This document shows, one piece after another, positions 52,166-64,000 of a stretch of 64,000 nucleotides of DNA. Below the pieces are notes generated by a model. The model ran no database searches and was not told the DNA's origin. It was given only the letters and a program-made list of their open reading frames with translations. How positions within the stretch are numbered: position 1 is the first letter of the stretch; each line of letters opens with the position of its first letter. The DNA comes from Octopus sinensis (Eukaryota). A program made the position numbers and the translations under genes. The stretch spans positions 40,734,001 to 40,798,000 of the forward strand of contig NC_043013.1 in assembly GCF_006345805.1 (NCBI RefSeq). The letters are read 5' to 3'.

Positions 52166-54723
52166 TCAACAGCACATTCTCATTATCACTGGCACACCTG
52201 ATCCAAACTTAGTTATTACACATTTTGTTAAAATTTGATATCATTTGGATGAGAACTGGATATATTATTAGACTACAAAATGATGTATAATAGGGTTTTA
52301 TTTAGACATCAAATGGCTATAAGGGCCCAGTAGAGTAAGAGAGGAATCAAAGGGGTCCATGGGTATAGAATGGTTGAGAACTGCTGGGCTACATGGTTGA
52401 TACAGTTAGTGCTTGTTGTGTGCTACATGGAGCAATGGCAGGTGTCTGTCCATGAGTTTGACAGTAGTCATAAAGATTACTTCAACTTCGTCTCACATAT
52501 TTAAACATGACATAATTTGATTCATTAAGCTGGTAATGTCAACCTCAACTCACAATCAACCATAATATTTACAGACAGATTTCTAATTATATAATAAAGT
52601 CTTGTTGCAAAGGAAAAAAACACACATAAATCTGCCATCATTTTTTAAATATTTTCTCCTCTGGCAAATCATGAATTAGTCAGATGTCAAATGTTTGTTG
52701 TTTTCTACACAACTGTAACCACTTTGTTTACACATAACATATATTAGTCACAACAAGAAAACAATGATTAAGCAAAAAGTTACACTGGAATCTAACACAT
52801 CTGGATTGAAATGTGAGATGATAATGAGGATGATGATGATGATGATGAGACAGTAATAAAACAACATTGGGTGATGGGAAAACGTGTGGCCAAGTGGTTA
52901 AGCTGTTGGGATCATGTTATAAGATTACAATTTCTGGGCCGAGCAGTGCAATGTGTTCTTGAGCAGGGTATTTCATTTCACAAAAGGCACCCATGCTGGT
53001 GCCTTGTAAAAAGCACTTGTGTTGGTGCCATGTATAAAACACCCAGTACACTGTAAAGTGGTTTGTATTAGGAAGGGCATCCAGCTATAGAAACCATGCC
53101 AAAACAGACAATTGGAGCCTGGTGCAGCTCTCTGGCTTGCCAGCTCCTGTCAAACCACCCAACTCATGCCAGCCTGGAAAACAGATGTTAAATGACGATA
53201 ATGATGATTGCTTCATTCTGGTCAAGTGAAAAGGGTACCAGACCAGCCAAGGGAGTTAGAGTGAGTAGAATGATATGGGAGGGGATAGTAGAAGAGAGTG
53301 GGATAGGCATTTACATATTAGGGGTAGACAGGTTGATGAAAGTGTAGGGGAGAGTAGTGGAGAAAAAGACAGCAATGTGTAGAATGATCTCTTTTGACAA
53401 GGAGTGATAGAAGAGGGAGTAATGTGAGAGAGAGAGAGTGAGAGTTGAAGATATAAAATGACAAGAGAGAATGAAGGATGGATAGAAAGAGAGATGAATG
53501 ATAGTGAGAGAGAGAGAGGGGTGGGCATCAGTACAGAGTTAGAAAATATCTAGACCTAAGTAAATAAATTCACAATAGATTAGGTATAATAGAGGACTGT
53601 TGAATGCCATTAATAAAAGGAAGAGGCATCGTTGAGAAGAAAAGAAAACGGTTGATAAACTGATCTCGTGCATCTGCAGACACGTAGAAATAATGAGCAT
53701 TCTTAACACCAAATATTGTCTCACAACAAACAAAACCTGTTTGTTTATCAAAGGAAACAGGAAGAGAAAATTATGGTAACAAGTTTCATTCACCTCTATC
53801 AAATTGTATCGAAACAAAAAGGATATAATAAAAGATAAATTGTCGTAAACAAAACAAAACAAAAGTTTATAAATAAAAAGAAAAAAATGATTTTGAAATA
53901 AAAGAAACTTTATTTTGTATTCCTTCTTTCTCACCTAACATGTTCTGCTACAATTATTCTACATTTTATTATTCGGTGACATTTCCGGAATGGATTAGAT
54001 TTCTTTATGATGCATAATTACAAGTGCAACAATTTCACTCTCTTACTCTCTTTCAGAGACACAGAAACACAAAACAATGAAGAACAATGGTTGGCTGGTT
54101 CATTTATCTTATTTCTTAAACGTCCCTAAAACTAAGTTGAAGATCAAGTAAGTGCAAAATGATTCAAGTAATTCCATGCATGCAATTATGCTTATGCACT
54201 AGACAGTTTGTCTTTATCAAAGAATCAGAACACAGAACTTTTCTCCAATTTCCTTAAAGATATGTGGACAAGACAGAAACTAAAAGTGTTTCCTTGGTAT
54301 GTGACACTTGTTTGCTATGGGTCAACTTAAACAAGAAATGGTATTAAAATCAATAATTTTGATGTATGAAAAGAGAACCCTGATATCTTTGGCAGTGCTG
54401 CTGGCTTTTAAAGGTCACCAATAATAAAGCTTTGTGAGTTGAATTTGATCAGCTGGAAACTGAAGGAAATTCCATCATGTGTGTGTATTATGTATACATC
54501 TTTCAATGTAGTACATCAATGAAAGATGTAAACATTACTGAAAAAGCTTATAAACCAGTGTCTTCTAACTTTAATCTCTTGTGGAATTTGTTTTGCCTAA
54601 ATTATACAAAAACTCCCTTGTTACTCTTGCCATCTTAAAAGCAACAAACCTGTGATTGATGTGTTAGAAACTTAACTAATGACACTGTTGGTTCTATACT
54701 TAAAAGATGAGGAATTATTTACG

Positions 54724-55275
54724 TTATTAACATTATTTACATTATTTACATTTGACAGATATTCGTCCTCATCTTGTTTGTTTTAACACAATGTTTGGAC
54801 TGATATACCCTCCAGCCTTCATCATGTGTCTTGAGGAAATTTCAAACCTAGGTTCTCATTCCTAAGGTATTTTTCGATGTTATTATTATTATTACTATTA
54901 CTATTATTATTATTATTATTGTTATTATTATTCAGGTCATTGCTGGAATTGAACTCGGAATCTTGGAGTTAGTAGCCTGTGCTCTTAACCACTATGCCAT
55001 ATGCCAGGGCATATGATGTAGTGGTTAAGAGCGCAGGCTACTAACCCCAAGATTCCGAATTTGTTTCCAGGCAGTGACCTAACTAATAATAATAATAACA
55101 ATATTAATAATAATGACAACAACATTGAAAAATATCTTAGGAATGAGAACCCAGGTTCGAAATTTCCCCAAGACACCTGGTGAAGGTTGGAGGGTATATC
55201 AGCCGAAACATTGTGTTAAAAACAAACAAGATGAGGACAAATATCTGTCAAATGTAAATAATGTAAATAATGACA
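54724..55275. mobile_element. Palindromic element: two head-to-head tRNA-headed SINE-like units with Penelope-like, hammerhead-like tails
   Basis: Arms of about 275 bp invert around atatgcc-ag-ggcatat (54999-55014); each has tRNA-like A/B boxes, (AAT)n and a CTGATGAAGGCTG..CAGCCGAAAC-like motif. Confidence 0.75.
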
Positions 55276-55799
55276 CTGTTATTAACAAAATGCAATATAA
55301 AATAAACTTAACATTGTCATAAGTTAATGAGCTATGAAAGTTGAGAGATGGGATTTTAAGTTTTTTGAACTGGTCTCTGCTAAAGAAACCCACCACCAAT
55401 AAAATGTGTCAAGTGTCTTGACAAAACATTAAAATACAAAAATATTTAGTGACCTTGATGCCAAGTCCTCTCATCTAACAGGCATTTAGAATAAGATATC
55501 AGTTTATTGTAGTAATAAGAGAATATATATATAAGCGTAGTTTATATAATAGTGTATATATCAATACTTACGGCACAAGTTTCAAGTGTGTTCTAAAGCC
55601 CCAGAAGACATTTATATACTATTTATTGGGTTATCAGTTCAGATCTTAGAATAACAATATTGAAGTTGCCCTACCTACCATAGAAATACAATAAGTTGAA
55701 AGCGGCAATATGAGAAAAAATATTAAATATTTCTTCTCTCCAAAACAGGGCAATGACCTGATATATGTTTACATGTAGCTATTTATAAGCAACTGTTTA

Positions 55800-56277
55800 T
55801 ATTGGGTTGTCTGGAAATTTTTGCCGGTTTTTCTTTTAACTTGAAAATACCCTCTTCCCAGAATTGAGGTGGTTTCATGGCAAAGAATTCATCAAGGCAT
55901 CTTTTTACGTCATCCAAAGAATTGAAATTTTTACCATTAAGACTATTTTGCAGAGACCTGAATAAGTGGAAATCTGAAGGAGCAATATCTGGTGAATATG
56001 GAAGGTGGAGTAACACATCCCAACTGAGCTGCAGCAATTTTTGTCTGGTTCCCAAAGCATCAAATGCCGAAAATGAACTTTCTTATCTTCTATTTTAAAG
56101 GGTTACAGCATTAACACAGGTTATAGGAACATAAACCTTTTTCCATGAAAAGATAGCTTAAACAGTGCTCTAAATGGAGGTGTAGTCAAATCCTATTTTA
56201 TGGACCCAACCATGTTCTAAAATAAGTCGAAAGGTAAGCTACTATAAATTGGCGTGAACTTTCTGGACAACCCAATA
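55800..56277 (-). mobile_element. Internally deleted mariner (DD34D-type) element with both TIRs
   Basis: TIRs TATTGGGTTGTCTGGAAA / TTTCTGGACAACCCAATA; N-terminus EDKKVHFRHLML fused to C-terminus LPYSPDIAPSDFHLFRSLQNSLNGKNF. Confidence 0.92.
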
Positions 56278-58875
56278 CATGCATGGCTTAATGTTTATGG
56301 TGTTGTATTCATGGTCTTACAATTATGGTTCTGATTCTCAGACCAGATGGTGCATTATGTTCTTGAGTAAAACACTTTGTTTCACATAGTTCCAATTGGC
56401 TCATCTGTAAATCAGGTAGTTCCAGCAATAACTGGAAGTTAACCCAGTGATTGACTTCAGGGGAAGTATTGTGATCTCATTCACTCATATGCTATGGAAA
56501 CTGGGTAACCAGTCTTGTAAGTTCTGGGGCTCATGACAGGCCTTACAGTTTACTGTTTATATGCCACCAGAACCATTGACATGCAATTAAAATTTACGAG
56601 CAGCTACAGCTGTTTGAATGCAATAGGTATTGATTATATCTAACCATAAACTCTTTATATAAAGCTATAATTGTTTGCATGCATCTATAAGCATTTAAAT
56701 TAGTTAAAACCATTTAAATGCAGTTTGGCACAGTGGTTAAAAGTGTTCAGCTTACAATCATGAGGTTGTGAGATTGATTCCAGAACTGGGCTGTGTGTTG
56801 TGTTCTTGAGCAAGACACTTTATTTCACGTTGTTGCAGTTAACTCAGCTGTAGAAATGAGTTGTGATGTCATTAGCACCAAGCTGTATCGGCCCTCTTGC
56901 CTTTCCCTTGGACAATATCAGTGGTGTGGAGAGGAGAGAGAGGGGAGACTGATATGCATGGGCAACTGCTGGTCTTCCAAAAACAACCTTGCCTGGACTT
57001 GTGCCTTGGAAGGTAGCTTTCTAGGTGCAATTCCATGGTCATTTGTAAACAAAGGGATCAGTAGGAAACAAAACTATTGAATAAATGAGGGTTCACTCAT
57101 AATGGCTTAATAATGCCAGACAAAATTTTCATTGAGTTGTGGCATCATTACTATTAAACGAGGAAGTACTGAAAATGCTGCTTCAAAGTCAGTTAGAGAT
57201 TATGGTTCAACAGGAAAGCCCCTAGGCAGTCGCTTGACTTGTTAGAAATAACAACCAAATCTCCCTCAGATTACACTATAGTGCCTCAAAAAATGAAGGG
57301 CACATTGGGTAATGTAGTCCTAGATATAAAATGCTAGAAAGAACAGATAAGATGGTCATGATTAAAATGCCCTTTGACCATAGTCCTGCTCTTTCAGACA
57401 TAACCTGAAGCTAAACAATAACATCAACAACAACTGGGGTATTACAAAAAACAAAACATATTAGCAAGATTGTTGCTGTTTAATTCTAAATCAATGAACC
57501 TTAGGTTGATCAAGCCTTTCAGCCATGACCAACCCAGCTGTTTTTGTTGATTTTTGAGCATCATGTATCTAATACCACATTAAGTGATGAAACCCTAGAT
57601 TTTGACGGCGTCAAGGTGTAATTTAAAGAAACTTTAGCTGCCATTTCTAGCAAGTTGAGTAACTGCATAGACTTCCTTGTTGATTTGAAATGAAATAAGC
57701 CAAACAACATTAATCAGTAAATCGAGAACTTCATGAGACACGTGGATGTTGGAAAAATGTAACTTAACCTACCTGAAGAAAAGATCAAGCACCCTTCAAA
57801 TATTCCCATGGACAAACAGGATAAACATTATTGTAAAAACACACGTCATAAACTAAACACAATATGTGAGAATTAGAATGTAATAACCATAAAAAATGAA
57901 ATAAAGATTGACATTGAAAACAATAACAGAATAGACCAATTGTTTTGTAATTCCCACAGAGCCACTAAAACGACACACACATAAAAATCATTATGACAAT
58001 TGCACAGATATATTATATTATCCTCTTTATAAGCATTTTCCTAGTTACATATGTTTTGGACCTGAAGATGTGCATGTTTTCAAATCACGTTTAATAACGG
58101 GACAACCATCCCTACAAGGAAGCAATCCTATCCTAGCACAAACAAAACATTTAAATTTCTAAGTCTGATTCAACAAAAGCCATGAAACTTTTTCAAGTGA
58201 AGACAGGTGCAGGCATGATTGCATGATAAAGAAACCTGCTTTGCAACCATGTGGTGTCGTGTGCAGTTCGACCACGTGACACCTTGGGTAGGTGCTGTCT
58301 ACTATAGCCACCAGTCGACCAATTCTTTGTGAGTGGATTTGGTAGGCAGAAACTGTGTGGAAGTCATTCATATATATATATATATATATACCTACATACA
58401 TGCAGATATATATATATATATACACATACATACATGCAGATATATATATATATATACACATACATACACACACACATACATGCATACAGACATATATATA
58501 TAGATAGATACACATACATACATATATGTACATATATATATATACACATACATACGTATATGTACATATATATACATACATATATATATACACATACATA
58601 TATGCATACATATGTATATATATATATATATATATGCATATACATGCATATATATATATATATGCATACATACATATATATGCATACATATATATGCATA
58701 TATATTGTTTAAGAAAAATGTCCATTTCCTTGGTTTTGTGTTTATGTTTTCGTTTCTCATTGTGTTCGGCGTTTTTTTGGTGCCCTCTACCCATATATGC
58801 ATGTAGATATACATGTAGAGGTAGGTATGTACATATATGTTTGTATATATGCATATGTTTTATTTATTATTTTGT

Positions 58876-58907
<32 letters not shown>

Positions 58908-59037
58908 TTAATTAATTAATAAGGGTGATAGAATTAGATACTAATTTAATAGTATCTCAATTCAACACCAAGTGGCCCAGTGCACAGAGAAACCTGGATT
59001 ATTATAATATTTTATAATATATTATAATATTTTATAC

Positions 59038-59304
59038 ATAAGTAAATATAAGAGAGTGGTCACTATGTGACTCACTCTAGCACTAGAAATAGATCCAATA
59101 GGTTTCAACCACAAAATATATGTTCCCATGAAAGCCAACACAACTGTTAGCTCAAACGAACAGGGCAAATATTTGCCCTGTTCGTTTGAGCTAACAGTCG
59201 TGTTGGCTTTCATGGGAAACATATATTTTGTGGTTGAAACCTATTGGATCTATTTCTAGTGCTAGAGTGAGCCACATAGTGACCACTCTCTTATATTTAC
59301 TTAT
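59038..59304. repeat. Spacer-less 267-bp palindrome (foldback or MITE-like)
   Basis: Centre gggcaaat|atttgccc at 59170/59171; 2 mismatches and a 1-nt indel across 133/134-bp arms. Confidence 0.95.
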
Positions 59305-59755
59305 ATATATATATATATTAAATGGGGAAGGCCAGTTTATGGGATTACCTTAGGTTTCCCGTACATAAAGGGTTTAGCCTTATGGCAATGTTGTCAGTCC
59401 CAAAACCTGCTGGCCCAAGACCTCTTCAAAATACGGAGGGGGTGAAATAATGGTCAGTTATTTAACCATGTGGTCTCTGTAAAACACTCTGGTCAGGAAG
59501 CAAAAAAGATCATGTGTAAAAAAACATTTCTTCTGGATTTACGTTTCTTACAGATGATATATATATATATATAGATATATATGTATATATGTATTTATGT
59601 ATGTATGCATATATCCATATATATACACAAATATATATATATATGTATGTATATATAATTATAAATACACACACATATATATGTACACACACGTAAATAT
59701 GTATCTACACAAACACACACATACATACATATATACATATCTACATACATGCATG

Positions 59756-59795
<40 letters not shown>

Positions 59796-59802
59796 AATAT
59801 AT

Positions 59803-59923
59803 ATTCTTTTATTTGTCTTAGTCATTGATCTGCGGTCATGCTGGAGCACTGCCTTTAGTCAAACAAAGAAACACACACATATATATGTGAATTTATGTGT
59901 GTGTGTGTATATATATATATAAA

Positions 59924-59960
<37 letters not shown>

Positions 59961-60094
59961 CAGTGTGTATGTGTATATATACATATACGTGTGTGTATGT
60001 ATATTCTTTGTAAGCCTAGTACTTATTCTTTTGGTCTCTTTCACCAAACTGCTAAGTCATGTGGACCAACATCAGTTGTGAAGCAATGGTGGGG

Positions 60095-60095
<1 letters not shown>
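59803..60095 (-). mobile_element. tRNA-derived SINE family 1 fragments (further - copies at 60459-60610, 62508-62700, 63103-63240, 63331-63478)
   Basis: Homology to family-1 tail and head. Confidence 0.75.
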
Positions 60096-60129
<34 letters not shown>

Positions 60130-60382
60130 ATTCACAAAAAAAACAAAAGACGAAGACAGGTGGTGTAGACAACAAACAGATGTATTAGTTTAATGCTCAG
60201 GAAGTGAAAAAGTCTTTAACGTTTCGAGCCTACACTCTTCCACAGAAAGGAACACAGAAAGAAACAAGAAGAGAAAATAAAGAATGTGTAGTGGCTAGCG
60301 ATCTATCATGGTGAGGGCCGGAAGAATTGTCACATAGGAGAGCTAGGGAGAAGGGGAAATGATAAAGTAGTGGTGATCCCAA

Positions 60383-60443
<61 letters not shown>

Positions 60444-60959
60444 CATATAAATATACAAGGTGTTTCTTTCAATTTCTATCTACAAAATCCACTCACAAGG
60501 ATTTGGTTGGCCCAAGGTTATAGTAGAAGACACTTGCCCAAGGTTCCATGCAGTGGGACCGAATCCAGAACCATGTGATTGGTAAGCAAGCTACTTACCA
60601 CACAACCACTTGTATCTATACACACATATATATATATATATATATACAAACATATATACACCCATAAATATACATATATATATATATATATATACACACA
60701 AGCATAATATATACACATACAGGCATATGTATAAACATACATACATATATGCATTTGTGTGTATGTATATGCATATATTTATGTATATGTGTGTGTATAT
60801 ATATATATGTATGTATATGTATATAATATATATGTGTGTGTGTGTGTATGTATATTAATGTATGTCTGGGTAGATGTGTTTGTATACATTTGTGTTATTT
60901 TGTAGGTATGTAATCTTTATATTTACCCCTGTTTTTGTGATCATGTGTATGCCGTAGTT

Positions 60960-61510
60960 TGCGATTTTTGTAATGGACAGGAAGTTGGAACAAAGAGTCA
61001 ACGTGAAATTTTGCTTTAATCTTAGGTTGTCTGCTACAGAGATATTGAGCATGCTTCAGCAAACTTATGGTGATGAGGCAATGGGTTGTACTCAATGTTT
61101 TGAGTGGCGCAGGGACTTCAAAAGGCACAGCTTAATCAGGAGCATGCTCATTTTTTGTGTTTTGTTTTTTGACATCCATGGTATTGTGCACCAAGAATTC
61201 GTCAGACCATCAACTCAGAGTTCTACTGTAATGTCTTGAAGCGTTTGAGGGAGGACAATAGTCGAAAGAGCACAAAGAATTGGATCCCGCACCTCCCCCA
61301 TTTGCCAGATTTAGCAGCTATGGACTTCCATCTCCCCTGCCACTCAAGATGACAATATAGCTCAAGGGTCACCGTTTTAACACTGTTGTCAAAATCCAGA
61401 ACAAATTGCAGTTTCCAGGCTGGATTCCAAAAGTGGCAGAAACTGGGACTGGAGTATTGCTGTGCAAGGTGACTATTTCGAAGCAGCTGATGTTAAAACT
61501 TAGGTGAATA
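60960..61510 (+). mobile_element. Deleted, decayed mariner transposase
   Basis: MDRKLEQRVNVKFCFNL..SATEILSMLQQTYGDEAM..CFEW; FFDIHGIVHQEFV; FYCNVLKRLRE; PDLAAMDFHL; LKGHRF. Confidence 0.88.
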
Positions 61511-61539
61511 AGCTATTTTTTTTATTAAACCTACCACCT

Positions 61540-61573
<34 letters not shown>

Positions 61574-61908
61574 AAACACAGATAAGCTGAGGTTCACTAC
61601 AGCTGTTGTTTCAGAAGTGACTGTATTTATTCAATTTACACGCACACACACATACACACACACACACATACGTGAAATCAAAATCATCAAAGCTAAGATC
61701 AATCTTATTATTTTTTCAGAATATTTTAACAGTCGATCATATTGATTTTCCAGTACATGATCATTATTTCATTATTGGCCTCAGAGAGACAAATTGTAAG
61801 GTAGGAGTTAGTAAGATATGAACCCATGATATAAAGACCCCAAAACACAAAAACAAATGTTGCATGGAATATTTTTGAAATGAATGACTCAACCAATTCA
61901 TCACCCTC

Positions 61909-61940
<32 letters not shown>

Positions 61941-62718
61941 GTAGTAGTAGTAGTAGTAGTAATACTCTACCTGTCTTGTTAAGGAGTGTGAAGGCATGTA
62001 ACTTAGTGGTTAGGGGATATTCAGTTCATGATTACAAAGTCCAAAGATCAATTCTTGGCAGTGCATCGTGTTCTTGAGCAAGGTGCTTTATTCCACGTTG
62101 CTCCAGTTCATGCAGTTGGCAAAAATGAAGTGTACCTGTAAGTCAAAGGACCAGCCTTGTCACAAAGGTCACACTGAATCTCCCTGAGAACTACATTAAA
62201 GGTGCACTCATTTGTGCAGTGCTCAGCTACATGCATGTTAATTTCACAAGCAGGCTGTAATGTTGATCAAAACAGCTGGTACCCTCGTTATCGTAACTGA
62301 CAAAGTGCTGGCTCAGTTTAATCAAGGAGTTGATAAAATTGACTAACCTCACCACCTGCAGAGAGTTATATAAATGGAATGATATTCTAAAAAATTTTCC
62401 TTTAGCCCAGGGACTCATAAGACCAGTTACCCAGTTTCCTTGACTTACAAGTGAGTGAGATTGTAACATTCCCTTGAACACGATGGTGATCCATTGCTGG
62501 GTTATTCTTTTATTCTTTTACTTGTTTCAGTCATTTGACTAGCCATGCTGTAGCACTGCCTTTAGTCAAATAAATTGACCCCAGGAGTTATTGTTTATAA
62601 ACCTACTTATTCTATAGGTTACTTTTGCCGAACCGCCAAGTTACGGGGATGTAAACGCAACAAGATCAGTTGTTAAGTGATGGAGGGGGTGACAAACACA
62701 CACACACAAATACATATA

Positions 62719-62828
<110 letters not shown>

Positions 62829-62842
62829 ATATATATATAATG

Positions 62843-62879
<37 letters not shown>

Positions 62880-62899
62880 GTATATATATATAATGTATA

Positions 62900-62962
<63 letters not shown>

Positions 62963-62964
62963 GA

Positions 62965-63064
62965 NNNNNNNNNNNNNNNNNNNNNNNNNNNNNNNNNNNN
63001 NNNNNNNNNNNNNNNNNNNNNNNNNNNNNNNNNNNNNNNNNNNNNNNNNNNNNNNNNNNNNNNN
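62965..63064. other. Assembly gap (100 N) inside a TA microsatellite
   Basis: Direct observation. Confidence 1.
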
Positions 63065-63104
<40 letters not shown>

Positions 63105-64000
63105 TCTTACTCTCTTACTCTTACTCTTACTTGTTTCAGTCATTTGACTGCGGCCATGCTGGAGCACCGCCTATAGTCGGGCAAATCGACCCTGGGACTT
63201 ATTCTTTGTAAGCCCAGTACTTATTCTATCGGTCTCTTTTTTGCGAAAATATATATATATATATATAATATATATATATATATATTATATATACATACAT
63301 ACACTATACCTACATACATATATATATATATGATGAGCTTCTTTCAGTTTCTGTCAACCGAATCTACTCACAAGACTTTGGTCAGCCTGATGTTATAGCA
63401 AAAGACACTTGCCAAAGGTGCCATGCAGTGGGACTGAACCTGGAACCAGGTGTTTGGGAAGCAAGCTTCTATCACATACTTGATTGGTACTATATCTTAT
63501 CGACCCTGAAGGGACGAAAGGCAACATTGACTTCAGTGGCATTTGAACTCAGAATGTAAAAACCTGGAAGAAATGTCACAAGGCGTTCTGTCTGATGTGC
63601 TAACGATTCTGCCAGGTAATGGCCTTGACCCTTTAGAATTTAAACCAGCCAGATCTGGCCCAAATATTCAACCGGTTTTATGTTCAAACCAGTCAGTTTG
63701 ACCTCTCACACAGGTTCTACAATGTCATTCTGGAAAGAAAGAATCTCATCATTATAATCTTGTAACAATGAGATAATGATTAATTAATGAGATAAACAAG
63801 GAATAAATAAGGATTACATTTGACAGAGTAATCTGAATGTTAAAGGATTAAATGGAATCATACTGTCCCTAAAATCATATTGGGTGTGTCTGATGGTGTG
63901 GAATTTAAAGAACCAAATTAGTTTTGGTAGTATTTGTTCCAGTCAATCTGAAACAAAACTGAAAATGCAAACCTAGCATCTGTCACACCATTTCCCCTAT

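Overview
AT-rich, microsatellite- and SINE-dense eukaryotic DNA. The repeat families resemble those of octopus (inferred from recall, not from a search). The one well-supported gene is a class XV unconventional myosin on the minus strand. Eleven GT-AG exons from 22238 down to 1578 splice in frame and encode the last IQ motif, the first MyTH4 domain, the following FERM-like region and the conserved WxxxVDxxF..VL..D.......RIKGGG segment. I found no motor-domain or IQ1/IQ2 exons in the remaining 42 kb. The rest of the window is tRNA-derived SINEs (three families), RTE-like tails, decayed R4/Dong, Helitron and Tc1/mariner pieces, MITEs, Penelope-like fragments, giant (TA/CA)n tracts and a 100-N gap. 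The most unusual observations are: (1) several minimal hammerhead-ribozyme-like motifs, including a head-to-head palindromic element whose arms join a tRNA-like head to a hammerhead-like tail; (2) a 267-bp spacer-less palindrome and a 155-bp 97%-identical intronic inverted repeat; (3) a partial duplicate of a myosin exon with an intact donor; (4) phase-compatible candidate exons that could give a motor-less myosin XV or a nested gene; (5) a four-fold LNxRY peptide motif in the myosin tail. There is no prokaryotic-type system such as CRISPR or an operon. All family assignments are by eye and need database confirmation.
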